This document shows positions 39,715 to 49,213 of a stretch of 64,000 nucleotides of DNA, piece after piece; within the stretch, counting starts at the first letter, position 1, and the number at the start of each line of letters is the position of its first letter. The DNA is taken from the IMG/VR virus record IMGVR_UViG_2721755756_000002; one strand, given 5' to 3'. The notes under the pieces are model-generated. The model searched no databases. It saw nothing but the letters and a program-made list of their open reading frames with translations, and had not been told where the DNA came from. Source of the stretch: a virus. Taxonomy: Duplodnaviria > Heunggongvirae > Uroviricota > Caudoviricetes. The position numbers and the translations under genes were made by a program.

Positions 39715-39963
39715 AGCAATGGAAGTTAGAACGGATAGATTTACAGTAATGGAAACTAAACCATTACAAATCTAAAGAATAATCAAGAAAACAAAAGCAA
39801 TAGGCTTTGATAATTTAAAAGTTGGAGATGTAATAAGGGTGGCAACTATTTTAAGACCTGTAGGTAACAACTCTAAAGGTGCAGCTCGGCCAGTATATTT
39901 CTATGTCAAAGTGAATGATGGACAGTATATTAAGACAACACGTACATACAACACTATAAATGC

Positions 39964-40335
39964 ATGTTTAGATTGCTTCGAATTTGTGGTGTTAGAATGA
40001 CGGAAAGGGTATGGGTTCGTAGCCAAGACAGAACTTGTCTGTCATCATGCGATGATTTTTCAATAGAAGTTTATTATCAAGATAAAAAAACACATAAGAT
40101 ACTTGTAGAGTCTCTTTATGTAATGGGGTATGAAGAAAAATATGAGAAAATATTCTATATTAATAATTTAGGAGTCTACACTTCTGAAGAAAAAGCGCTA
40201 AGTGTATTAGATTGTATTGCTGAACATATATCACACAATACGAATGCTGTATTTCAAATGCCACAAGATGATGAGGTGAAGACTGTTAATGATTATCTCC
40301 AGAATCGTCTTCGCCAGATATTTGAGGGATCATAA
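39964..40335 (+). CDS. hypothetical protein
   Basis: 123-aa ORF. Confidence 0.45.
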   Translation: MFRLLRICGVRMTERVWVRSQDRTCLSSCDDFSIEVYYQDKKTHKILVESLYVMGYEEKYEKIFYINNLGVYTSEEKALSVLDCIAEHISHNTNAVFQMPQDDEVKTVNDYLQNRLRQIFEGS

Positions 40336-40805
40336 TGAACAAGTGTGTGATTATGTGTGGATTGCCAGGTAGTGGGAAAAGCACGTACATCAAGAAGAAC
40401 TTTTTAGGGCGTATAGTAGTATCAAAAGATGTTATCAGAGAAACTGCTCTCAAAAAAATTTTCGGTAATACGAAAGAAGAAGAGTATGTGCATTTTGTTG
40501 CGATATATACCTTCAGGTATTTTCTAGCCTATGGAATAGATGTTGTCTATGATACTACGGCTTTAAAACCAAGGTATAGAAAAGAATTGATAGAGTTGGC
40601 AAAAGAATATGGTTATAAGGTTGAATGTCATGTCATGCAGACACCAATTGATATATGTAAGGAGCGAGCAGAAAAGAGGTCTGGAAAAGAATGGAAGACC
40701 TCTCCTTCAGAAGTTATTGATAGAATGAATAAAGGATATGTCTTCCCTAAATTGAGTGAAGGATTCGATAGAATAATAATCATAAAGGAAAGAATAGCAT
40801 TATGA
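40335..40805 (+). CDS. polynucleotide 5'-kinase-like P-loop kinase (T4 Pnk kinase-domain-like, no phosphatase domain)
   Basis: CGLPGSGKSTY; region KEYGYKVECHVMQTPIDICKERAEKRSGKEW parallels T4 Pnk [27 protein letters not shown]. Confidence 0.6.
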   Translation: MNKCVIMCGLPGSGKSTYIKKNFLGRIVVSKDVIRETALKKIFGNTKEEEYVHFVAIYTFRYFLAYGIDVVYDTTALKPRYRKELIELAKEYGYKVECHVMQTPIDICKERAEKRSGKEWKTSPSEVIDRMNKGYVFPKLSEGFDRIIIIKERIAL

Positions 40806-41035
40806 TAAAGAGAGGATCTAAACTTTTTTCCGCCCACGATGGTGCTATACAAGAGTTGACAATCGTTGATATATGTTTGGATGGTGATGATATTTGGCCG
40901 TTACCAATAATAGTGATGATAAACCAATATGGTGAACGTATAGTTCATACCAGATATCCAATTACTGATCTTGTAAAAACTTATGAGGAAGCAGAAGAGC
41001 AGCTGTTTCGTTATCAAGGGGGCGGAATCGCATGA
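40802..41035 (+). CDS. hypothetical protein
   Basis: ATGA-coupled 77-aa ORF. Confidence 0.4.
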   Translation: MIKRGSKLFSAHDGAIQELTIVDICLDGDDIWPLPIIVMINQYGERIVHTRYPITDLVKTYEEAEEQLFRYQGGGIA

Positions 41036-41388
41036 AAGGAGAAAACAAAATGGATGTGCGTGGATTAAAGATGGAAATTGAAAGGTTAAAACGGAAAATC
41101 GAGAAACTAAAAAAAGAAAACGCTAAATATGAACAAATGAATGCCTTTCTTCAAGGAGAATACTATGAGATAGAAATGAAAAACAAATGCCTAAAAAAAG
41201 AACTTAGGATTAAAGAAGATGAAAGAGAGGTATCAAAAGATGAAATGAGAAAAATACTAGTAGAACGCTATCAAAGAGTAATCGATGTAAGAAACGATCC
41301 AGTAAGGAAAGAACGTGAATACTACCAAGGTGCTGCTGCAGCACTCAAATTAGCATTGGAAGTAATGAAAAGGTGTTATGATAAATAA
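41032..41388 (+). CDS. hypothetical coiled-coil protein
   Basis: charged heptad-rich sequence. Confidence 0.45.
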   Translation: MKGENKMDVRGLKMEIERLKRKIEKLKKENAKYEQMNAFLQGEYYEIEMKNKCLKKELRIKEDEREVSKDEMRKILVERYQRVIDVRNDPVRKEREYYQGAAAALKLALEVMKRCYDK

Positions 41389-41842
41389 CATCGCATCAAA
41401 GGAGAAAATAATGAGTCTATATATTAAAGGACGAGAAGTTGAAGCTATGTTTATGTATGACGGGGATTTAATTGATTCAAATGGTGCATTCTATGTACCT
41501 GTGTGGGCAGAGAGACTTTATAGAGACGGCTATTTATACTATAAAGAATATAAAGGTAGTCCAAGTGAGCTGTTTTATAAGACAGAAAAGATAGATATGC
41601 ATATACCTGTCAACTCATACGTTTTTAAGTGTTATGAAAGAGATTACTTAGTGATTTTAACAGAAGATGAAGTTAACGAAACTTCTATATATGCTGAGGA
41701 TTATTACATAAAAGAAATAGAAATGGCTGAATCGAGAATTGATACATTAAAAAAGATAAATAGTGACTTAACTGATAGATTAAGGAAGTATGAATGGAAT
41801 CATGAAATGATGAAACGCATGATTGAAGGAGCTATAAAGTAA
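41378..41842 (+). CDS. hypothetical protein
   Basis: 154-aa ORF. Confidence 0.45.
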   Translation: MINNIASKEKIMSLYIKGREVEAMFMYDGDLIDSNGAFYVPVWAERLYRDGYLYYKEYKGSPSELFYKTEKIDMHIPVNSYVFKCYERDYLVILTEDEVNETSIYAEDYYIKEIEMAESRIDTLKKINSDLTDRLRKYEWNHEMMKRMIEGAIK

Positions 41843-41889
41843 TATGGAAAGGGTATTAGCTGTTTTTGGAGCTGTTCACATCCTAATCG

Positions 41890-42720
41890 ATGCGACAGCT
41901 TTGGTTGCACTATGGTTTGCTTACCGTAATGCTCCTAAGATATACGATGATTGGAGAACAGATGGAAGAATTTGAAAAAGAAGAAATAATGGAAGGTGTG
42001 AAAAAACATCTTGAATATGTAGAACAAAAGTACCCACAGCTTAAAGTGTTAGGTATATTCGTTATTGGCAGTCAGAATTACGGTTTAAGCCTTCAAACAG
42101 ACGAATACAGAAGCAATTTGGATACAGTGGTAATTGTACAAGCGGATGATAGTTTTCCTTCCTATATGAATACTGAAATGGATACAGATAATAAAAATCG
42201 CATCCAAATTCATGCACAAGATTATTTTGCAAATTGGTTAGCTTATAACACATGGAACATTACACAAGTGTTATTTACCGATTTTAAAATTATTAAAGAC
42301 GATAGATTAAATATTTTGATTCGAAATGCTAATAGGTTATCAGAAGCAAATCAGTGCAAGATGCAGTTAGACATATTAGAGCATGTTGTTATAATGTGTG
42401 ATTCATTGAGTCTTGATGATAGTTATATCAACAAAAGACTTTATGATACTTTTAGACTATACGTTTTTGCAAGAGATCTATACTATGGTGTGCCTTACAG
42501 GGATGCATTGCATCCTGATAGTATAGATGCAAAAATCCTAATTGATATAAAGACTGGTAAGTTTAGTGAGGTTAATGACATTTCCTTGCAAAAATTTGCT
42601 GAAGAGATAAAGGCAAGCGCTATCAATCTCTTAAAGCAGATAGAAGAACACGTTGACGATTTTACAATTGATACGTCAGCATACGATATATTAGATGAGT
42701 TCAAAAAGCAATTCAATTAA
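41890..42720 (+). CDS. possible Pol-beta-superfamily nucleotidyltransferase-like protein
   Basis: GSQNYGLSLQTDEYRSNLDTVVIV resembles GS...D.E/D NTase motif; start probably at the internal Met about 41959. Confidence 0.35.
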   Translation: MRQLWLHYGLLTVMLLRYTMIGEQMEEFEKEEIMEGVKKHLEYVEQKYPQLKVLGIFVIGSQNYGLSLQTDEYRSNLDTVVIVQADDSFPSYMNTEMDTDNKNRIQIHAQDYFANWLAYNTWNITQVLFTDFKIIKDDRLNILIRNANRLSEANQCKMQLDILEHVVIMCDSLSLDDSYINKRLYDTFRLYVFARDLYYGVPYRDALHPDSIDAKILIDIKTGKFSEVNDISLQKFAEEIKASAINLLKQIEEHVDDFTIDTSAYDILDEFKKQFN

Positions 42721-42725
42721 AATAA

Positions 42726-42760
42726 CCACTTCTCCTTTGTGAGAGGTGGTCTTTTTTTTT
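42726..42760 (+). terminator. rho-independent terminator (ccacttctc/gagaggtgg + T9)
   Basis: 9-bp stem with one mismatch followed by a T-run. Confidence 0.6.
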
Positions 42761-42817
42761 ATTGTGAAACAGCCCTTATGGTGATACAATGGTACTGAAT
42801 CAAGGAGGTGATTTCTA

Positions 42818-44200
42818 ATGGCTACTAGAGCCTATAATTTTACAGATAAAAGCGGAAATAAGTTTTATAAGAAGACAGAACTAGGAAAAGACTATTTCTC
42901 CAAGCAATACCAATTGACTATAGATGGAGTAGCTCAAAAACCTAAATGGACACCTCAATTTAATACTACGAAAAAGGTATTAGATTTCATAAACGATGAA
43001 AAGGCCAAAGCAAGGTCAATGACAGGGGTATATAAGACTTTGGACAAACATTCCTTCAGATTTGTTTTTGACAAGTGTTATGAGAAGATGATAGAACAAT
43101 ACAAGCTTAGTGGGAAAAGTCCGAGAACTATCAAAAAGTATGAAACCAATATCATGAAGTATGTTATAGGGAGAAACGATGAGCTGCCCTATAAAGGTAT
43201 CGGTGATATGAATGTTGAAGATATGACGATCATGGATGTTAAGAATCTCAAATTTGCCATCAACAAAGCATATGCAGCTGTATATTCAAAAGATACTATT
43301 AAACATATATTTGGGCACATAGATAAGACTTTCCTGTATGCGAGGGATAATGGTTGGGTGTCATATGATTTTTGTAACAACATAAAGGTGTCACCTGAAG
43401 GGAAGCTTCAAACAAGTAAGCAAGCTATAAGAAATTTCTTTTCAGAGAAAGAATATGAGTTATTCAGGTCAAAATATGACAAATATGCAAAAGCAGTATT
43501 TACAGACAACTACAAAAATTATCCTTTAGAAGTCAAAGAGAAAGATAGTGAAGATGTCATCGTTGATTTTAGAACTATACTGTATAGGGCATTCTTCTCA
43601 TTTGTGTTTTATACTGGAAGTAGAAAAGGAGAGGCCAGAGGTTGTAAATGGTCTGACATTATTGCAGGTAGTGATGCTTTTGACTTGGAATGTATAAAGA
43701 TTGACAGTCAATATGCCGAAGACAATGCTGAAATATTAGGAAAGAAGGTTCACACAAAACCTAAAACGGACGATAGTGTACGTATATGTACGATGCATGA
43801 GCAACTTTCAGATGATTTAAAAGAGCTGAAGACCTTCCTGCAGCTGCATGGTTTGTTTGATCCAGAGCAATATATATTTTTTGATTATTACTGCGAAGAG
43901 CCTAAACCCATACCTAGCAGCAATATAAACAATCAATTCAATAAATTCAAGGCATTAACGAATATAGAGAATGATAGTATTGCAATCAATGGTATTGAGA
44001 GAAAGATCACAGTACATGGTATGCGACATTCAGCTTGTGCAATGCTATTAGAAAAAGGTATGGATAAAGTAGATGTAGCTAAATTTCTTGGCCATAAAGA
44101 TACAAAAATGGTTGAAGAAGTGTATATGCACTTCATAAATCCTATTGATATGGAAGAAGAAAGACGAAAAAAGAATATGCAGTTCTTTAGAAAAGGTTAG
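42818..44200 (+). CDS. int: tyrosine integrase
   Basis: motifs YTGSRKGEARGCKWSDI (Arg), HGMRHSACAMLL (H-x-x-R), LGHKD...EVYMHF (His, Tyr); 460 aa with long N-terminal domain. Confidence 0.8.
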   Translation: MATRAYNFTDKSGNKFYKKTELGKDYFSKQYQLTIDGVAQKPKWTPQFNTTKKVLDFINDEKAKARSMTGVYKTLDKHSFRFVFDKCYEKMIEQYKLSGKSPRTIKKYETNIMKYVIGRNDELPYKGIGDMNVEDMTIMDVKNLKFAINKAYAAVYSKDTIKHIFGHIDKTFLYARDNGWVSYDFCNNIKVSPEGKLQTSKQAIRNFFSEKEYELFRSKYDKYAKAVFTDNYKNYPLEVKEKDSEDVIVDFRTILYRAFFSFVFYTGSRKGEARGCKWSDIIAGSDAFDLECIKIDSQYAEDNAEILGKKVHTKPKTDDSVRICTMHEQLSDDLKELKTFLQLHGLFDPEQYIFFDYYCEEPKPIPSSNINNQFNKFKALTNIENDSIAINGIERKITVHGMRHSACAMLLEKGMDKVDVAKFLGHKDTKMVEEVYMHFINPIDMEEERRKKNMQFFRKG

Positions 44201-44204
44201 GTTC

Positions 44205-44230
44205 TCTAGATTTTCTCTAGATTACGTGTT
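44205..44230. repeat. direct repeat TTCTCTAGATT x2 (possible integrase arm-type site)
   Basis: ggttctctagattttctctagatt. Confidence 0.35.
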
Positions 44231-44333
44231 AAAACAAGGGGGTATGTAGTGACACGTAGCATCACGAAAAGCCTTATTTTATCGTGTTTTGACACATTGA
44301 GAGTTTTTGCCGTATTACTCTCAAGGCTGTATC

Positions 44334-44361
44334 ACGGGTTCGAATCCCGTACGCGATACCA
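44334..44361 (+). tRNA. tRNA/tmRNA-like 3' terminal fragment (T-arm + acceptor 3' strand + discriminator + CCA); probable att core
   Basis: acggg-TTCGAAT-cccgt T-arm, then ACGCGAT-A-CCA; a complementary heptamer atcgtgt lies at 44281-44287 but the intervening sequence does not fold into canonical D/anticodon arms. Confidence 0.5.
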
Positions 44362-44374
44362 TATAGCGTTTAAC

Positions 44375-44397
44375 CCTTTAAATAAAAGGGTTTTTTT
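44375..44397 (+). terminator. rho-independent terminator (cccttt-aaata-aaaggg + T7)
   Basis: follows the tRNA-like fragment as in genuine tRNA gene ends or attP. Confidence 0.55.
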
Positions 44398-44435
44398 ATT
44401 ACTTCTCTTAATTTGGTGTAAATTTGGTGTAAAAT

Positions 44436-45623
44436 TCATATGGAATTAAGCTTATCCACCATTTTTATTTGAGCGTCATTGAACCAATGACCATAAATAT
44501 TGTTCACCATATCCACGGTATGCCCAAGTCTTTTTGCTATATCAAATGAATCAAAGCCTAAGTTGATTAATAATGAAACATGAGAATGACGGAAATCATG
44601 AATTCTGATTATCGGAACATCAGCTTTTTCAGCACATCTATCTTTGATGTTTTTGATATTATTATTGTCTAATGGCTTATCCATGAAGAAAACAAAACTA
44701 TCTTCACTAAAACCGATTATGTCTTTTTCATACTGATAAAGAATTAACATGGCTTTATAACACGTATCAGGCATAAGGATTGTCCTATATGAATTTCTTG
44801 TTTTAGGTGTAGTTATTAACTTTGTTTGCTTACTGTATGTTTTAGAAATATGAATGCTTTTTTCTTGCATATTAACATCAGACCATTTTAGTGCAAGTGT
44901 TTCACCAAGTCTGGTGCCACACCAATAAAGAACACTATAGAAGGCTACATATATAACACTTTTTTCTTCAAGCTGAACTTGTTTGATGAAGCTATTATAT
45001 TCGTCAGGATGCCAGAAATGCATCTCTTTCTTGATTTCATTTTTCCTTTGAGCAATTTTGAAATTGGTAATTCTATAATCTTTAATGTATCCCATGTCAA
45101 AACCGTATTTGAGAATTCCTTTAAATTTTGTTTGGATCGCTTCTATTGTCCTGTTTGCTAATAAGCCGCCATGTTTAGACTTTTGAGTTAATAAACTTTT
45201 TTGGTATAACTCGATTGTTTTTTTTGAAATCTTATCAAGGTGAATATCCTTCCAATAAGGAAGAATATGTAACTCAGAGACTTTTGTATAATCATAAATT
45301 GATCTTTCTTTTAATATGCCTTGCTTTGATGAAATAAATATACTGTATAGTTCACCAAAAGTTATATTACTACTAACTTCATTTTTTGCTGCTAAAAGGA
45401 ATGAACGTTCCCAATCTTTTGCTTCTTCCTTTCCTGCAAAACCTCTTTTATGATATCTATGAAGTTCGCCATTACAGTCAACGTAGCTTCCTTCACATTT
45501 ATAGGTTATTTTTTTTACCATTTTACTTTTGTCTTTTTTGCTTTTGACAAAGCGTTCATCTTTTTTAACTGCCATTGAATTTACCTCCATTTTTTTAGTA
45601 TAATGAAGGTACAATAAAAGCAA
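44436..45623 (-). CDS. int: tyrosine integrase
   Basis: CGTRLGETLALKW (Arg); HDFRHSHVSLL (H-x-x-R); LGHTVDMVNNIYGHW (His, Tyr); convergent with the other integrase across the att remnant. Confidence 0.8.
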   Translation of the reverse strand: MLLLYLHYTKKMEVNSMAVKKDERFVKSKKDKSKMVKKITYKCEGSYVDCNGELHRYHKRGFAGKEEAKDWERSFLLAAKNEVSSNITFGELYSIFISSKQGILKERSIYDYTKVSELHILPYWKDIHLDKISKKTIELYQKSLLTQKSKHGGLLANRTIEAIQTKFKGILKYGFDMGYIKDYRITNFKIAQRKNEIKKEMHFWHPDEYNSFIKQVQLEEKSVIYVAFYSVLYWCGTRLGETLALKWSDVNMQEKSIHISKTYSKQTKLITTPKTRNSYRTILMPDTCYKAMLILYQYEKDIIGFSEDSFVFFMDKPLDNNNIKNIKDRCAEKADVPIIRIHDFRHSHVSLLINLGFDSFDIAKRLGHTVDMVNNIYGHWFNDAQIKMVDKLNSI

Positions 45624-45719
45624 TGATTCGTGGTCATTCGTTTATTGTACCGATAGTGGTACGCCAATACCTACTATCACCCTCGTTCCTACGCCAATAG
45701 GAGCGGGGGATTTTTTTGT

Positions 45720-46514
45720 TTAATCATATTTATTTGTATAAACTGTCCCATCCAAAGATAAATAAGTACATGATGCTATATCATCTTGTATTTCCATTTT
45801 AATTACAAAATCACCACGTACTTCAGTACCAAAACTATTTTGTGAATCAACATAAGACTTAACAGTGATTATTTCATCTTTTTCATCATACTGCCAGTCT
45901 TTATCTGGATTTAAAAAAGAACCGGGGTATTTAGCTGTTGATGGTGATTTTAGTATCTTACTAATCCACTGTTTACAATTTTCTTGAATAGCACTTCTAC
46001 CATATGTATCTAATAATGACGATGAATTAGTAGATTTACCTAAACTTGCAGGTATACTTTTTTTTGCTAATTCTTTATAATTTTTGTTAATAGAGGACAT
46101 TTGGTTAATAAAGTCATCAAATTGAATATTTATAACTTTTAGATATTTTTCAAAATCATCACGAGCTTCTTTATTTGTATTTTGTTTGTCATTACTGTAG
46201 ACTATTTCAGTGATGTATTTACCATCTGAATACTTATCAAATCTCGAATAGTCAATCATAACTAACTTAGTATAGTCATGCATTATGCTAATCATCAAAT
46301 AATCATCTTCAACATAACCTTTTATATCCAAATAAATATATCCGTCAGTTCCATCTTTTTTATTGCCTTCACTGTATTCAAATTCAAAACCATCTTCTTT
46401 CATTGTTTCTAAAGGATCATCAGAATAGTTTTTTTCTTTTTCATCATCGGATCCTCCGCATCCACTTATTCCAAAACATAAGATTAGGCACAATACTAAG
46501 AAAAACTTTTTCAT
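45720..46514 (-). CDS. lipoprotein (moron / possible superinfection exclusion candidate)
   Basis: signal peptide plus lipobox ISGCGG; located between int and the CI-like repressor. Confidence 0.6.
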   Translation of the reverse strand: MKKFFLVLCLILCFGISGCGGSDDEKEKNYSDDPLETMKEDGFEFEYSEGNKKDGTDGYIYLDIKGYVEDDYLMISIMHDYTKLVMIDYSRFDKYSDGKYITEIVYSNDKQNTNKEARDDFEKYLKVINIQFDDFINQMSSINKNYKELAKKSIPASLGKSTNSSSLLDTYGRSAIQENCKQWISKILKSPSTAKYPGSFLNPDKDWQYDEKDEIITVKSYVDSQNSFGTEVRGDFVIKMEIQDDIASCTYLSLDGTVYTNKYD

Positions 46515-46577
46515 TTTACTTTTTCTTCCTTATTATTCAAGTATGCTTTCATCATAAAGATATATCAATTATAAGAC

Positions 46578-47444
46578 CTAATACTTTTGTCGACACTCAA
46601 CAACTTTGCCAATTATTTTAACCGGGAGTTGTTCAATATCATCTGCTGTATATATCCATGGATCATATTTTGTGTTAAAAGGTATCAGCATGATACCGTT
46701 ATCCATGATTCTGATCTTTTTAACTGTTGCTTCATCGCCATTTACGAGTACGATTGCCACATCACCTGTCTGAGCGGTTTCTTGCTTCCGGACAATAACG
46801 ACATCCCCTTCGCTCATTTTTGGCTCCATGCTGTCTCCTTTGACCTGTAATGCGAAAAAATCACCAGTACGTGCCATTGATTCAGATATTTCTTCATAAT
46901 CTAATATTTCTTCGATCGCTTCGATTGGAATTCCTGCAACAACACGTCCAAGAACAGGTACTTTGATACCGCCGGTTGATAAAGAACTTCTTCCGACTAA
47001 TTCTGTAAGATCAGATTTATAACATTTAAAATAGCTTGTTAACTTTTGTAATATTGTTATATTAGGTATTTTTATACCATTTAACCATTTATTGACTTCA
47101 TCAATTTTCACATCACATACTTGGGCGATGATTTCTTTTGAACTAGCTGACATATTTAAATAATGTTTTAATTTATATGCGAAAATTTCTTCTTTAGATT
47201 TAAAGGTTTTCGGATTACCATTAAAGTCAGTTAAATCATTATTTACACCCATTAACCATGCTGGTGATACATTTAATGCTTCGGCTAGTAAATAGATTTT
47301 ATCTTGCTTAGGTATTACTTTGCCCTTTAAATATTGACTTATTGCAGGACGACCTAAATTAGTGTCTCTTGCTAGATCAGCTTGTGTTTTATTGGATTTT
47401 GAAAAAGCTAGATTAAGCCGTTCTGTAGTTTTAGATGTTTCCAT
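46578..47444 (-). CDS. CI/LexA-like repressor (HTH_XRE x2 + S24 peptidase)
   Basis: N-terminal HTH QADLARDTNL...ISQYLKG; S24 core GDSMEP...GDVAIVLVNGDEATVKK with a Ser/Lys dyad. Confidence 0.75.
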   Translation of the reverse strand: METSKTTERLNLAFSKSNKTQADLARDTNLGRPAISQYLKGKVIPKQDKIYLLAEALNVSPAWLMGVNNDLTDFNGNPKTFKSKEEIFAYKLKHYLNMSASSKEIIAQVCDVKIDEVNKWLNGIKIPNITILQKLTSYFKCYKSDLTELVGRSSLSTGGIKVPVLGRVVAGIPIEAIEEILDYEEISESMARTGDFFALQVKGDSMEPKMSEGDVVIVRKQETAQTGDVAIVLVNGDEATVKKIRIMDNGIMLIPFNTKYDPWIYTADDIEQLPVKIIGKVVECRQKY

Positions 47445-47606
47445 AATTTCCTCCTTGTTAAATAGATTATAACACTTTGAACAAACTATTCAAGATGTTT
47501 AACTGCTAATGTTAAATAAATTGAATAAACATATTGCTTTTTTTGAAAATAGGTGCTATTCTTTAATCGTGTTCAAAAAGTTTAACACAAGAGAGGAGGT
47601 GATATC

Positions 47607-47846
47607 ATGTGCACAAGTCAGGTTACGTTTGATTATTGCAAACTGAGAGGAAGGATAGTTGAGAAGTTTGGGTCTCAACGTGCTTTTGCTGATGCGTTAA
47701 AGACCTCTGAGAATCAAGTTTCTTATAAATTAAACAACAAAAAGAAATTTGAAGACAGAGAAATTTTACATTGGTGTGAGTTGCTTGGTATACCAGATAG
47801 GGATATAAACCTATATTTTTTTACAAAGAGTGTTCAAAATGTTTAA
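47607..47846 (+). CDS. Cro-like HTH protein
   Basis: 79 aa; divergent from the repressor; RAFADALKTSENQVSYKLNN HTH-like. Confidence 0.5.
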   Translation: MCTSQVTFDYCKLRGRIVEKFGSQRAFADALKTSENQVSYKLNNKKKFEDREILHWCELLGIPDRDINLYFFTKSVQNV

Positions 47847-47868
47847 CAGATAGGAGGGCAGCCTTATT

Positions 47869-48633
47869 ATGAAGGTATTAAATGAAATTGAGTATTCAAA
47901 TAAGAAAGTCTTAATAACTCAGCAATTAGCAGAAGTTTACGAAACTGATATTAAGAATATTCAAATGAATTTTGCTAGAAATAAGACACGATTTGTTGAG
48001 GGAGTACATTTCTTTCTTCTTAAAGGAGATGCTTTAAGAGCGTTTAAGAACTTACCAACTTTGAGTGGGTTAGTTGACAAACATGCAAATCAACTAATTC
48101 TCTGGACAGAAAAAGGCGCTGACCGTCACTGCAAGATTCTTGATACAGATAAAGCATGGGAGCAATTTGATAATCTGGAAGAAACTTATTTCAGAGTTAA
48201 AGATAATGCAGCAATTCCAAAAACACTTCCAGAAGCTTTAAGGGCATATGCTGATCAGGTGGAAGCAAATGAAAAATTACAAATAGAAAACAACAACATG
48301 AGGCCTAAAGCATTATTTGCTGATGCTGTAGCAACGAGTAATGATTCAATCTTAGTCGGACAACTCGCCAAGCTTATTAAACAGAACGGATGCAATATCG
48401 GGCAAAATAGATTGTTTGCATGGATGCGAGAGAATGAGTTTCTTTGTATCAAAGGTGATAACTATAATATGCCCACGCAGAAAGCAATGGAACGTGGTTT
48501 GTTTGAAATTAAAGAACGAACTGTTAATAATCCAGACGGTAGTGTTAGGACTACACGGACACCAAAGGTTACAGGCAAAGGTCAGATATTTTTTGTTAAT
48601 AAGTTTTGTAAAGGAAATGGATGTTTAAAGTGA
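47869..48633 (+). CDS. phage antirepressor (ORF6N + KilA-C-like)
   Basis: KVLITQQLAEVYETDIKNIQMNF...HFFLLKGDAL...ILDTDKAWEQFDNLEETYF parallels the 7926-8648 protein. Confidence 0.65.
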   Translation: MKVLNEIEYSNKKVLITQQLAEVYETDIKNIQMNFARNKTRFVEGVHFFLLKGDALRAFKNLPTLSGLVDKHANQLILWTEKGADRHCKILDTDKAWEQFDNLEETYFRVKDNAAIPKTLPEALRAYADQVEANEKLQIENNNMRPKALFADAVATSNDSILVGQLAKLIKQNGCNIGQNRLFAWMRENEFLCIKGDNYNMPTQKAMERGLFEIKERTVNNPDGSVRTTRTPKVTGKGQIFFVNKFCKGNGCLK

Positions 48634-48935
48634 AAGGAAAGTATGATGATTCGCTAAATATTGAGCGTGAACGTATCATTATGAAAATTTACCTTACTTT
48701 AACGGATGTGAGAAATTTTCTTAGATGTAGTTGGCCAAAAGCCAAGATAAGATTTAATGAGGCAGCTGATCTATGCATAAAAGATGGAAAGAAAAATCTT
48801 GAAGGAAGGGTTTATTACAAATATTTTCTTCAAGTAATTGCTATAAGCGAGAGTGAAATTCATAAAATGGCTAAATATGAAAGGCAAATAAAAATGTCGC
48901 ACCCCACGACCAATGACGATGCGACAAAACTATAA
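48621..48935 (+). CDS. hypothetical protein (possible small DNA-binding regulator; start likely internal Met)
   Basis: 104-aa ORF. Confidence 0.35.
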   Translation: MFKVKGKYDDSLNIERERIIMKIYLTLTDVRNFLRCSWPKAKIRFNEAADLCIKDGKKNLEGRVYYKYFLQVIAISESEIHKMAKYERQIKMSHPTTNDDATKL

Positions 48936-48988
48936 GCGACTCGAATAACAAGTCAATCTTATTATAGAGCGGGGAAAGGAGAAAAACA

Positions 48989-49213
48989 ATGGTTTATTTG
49001 GTGATTTCCATCATTGCTTTAATGATATCCGTGATTTGTTATATAAGGGTGCGTGCTTTAGATAACGAGTTTGAAAGTTTGGAGCGAAGAACCTATGGGA
49101 ACATTAAATTCAATAGTTTCTATTTACAGCCAACAAGAGAACAATTAGAAAAAGCTGAAAGATATGAAAAAATCCTCAAAGAATATAAAACTACTTTTGA
49201 GGATAAGGAATAG
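48989..49213 (+). CDS. small membrane protein
   Basis: N-terminal TM helix VYLVISIIALMISVICYI. Confidence 0.4.
   Translation: MVYLVISIIALMISVICYIRVRALDNEFESLERRTYGNIKFNSFYLQPTREQLEKAERYEKILKEYKTTFEDKE

Noticed and set aside
44281-44361. Possible complete 81-nt tRNA (a 5' heptamer atcgtgt pairs perfectly with the acceptor 3' strand)
   Set aside because: The intervening 46 nt form only a 7-bp stem with a 14-nt loop. They do not form canonical D and anticodon arms. I therefore annotate only the 3' fragment, and a degenerate or atypical tRNA or tmRNA end remains possible.
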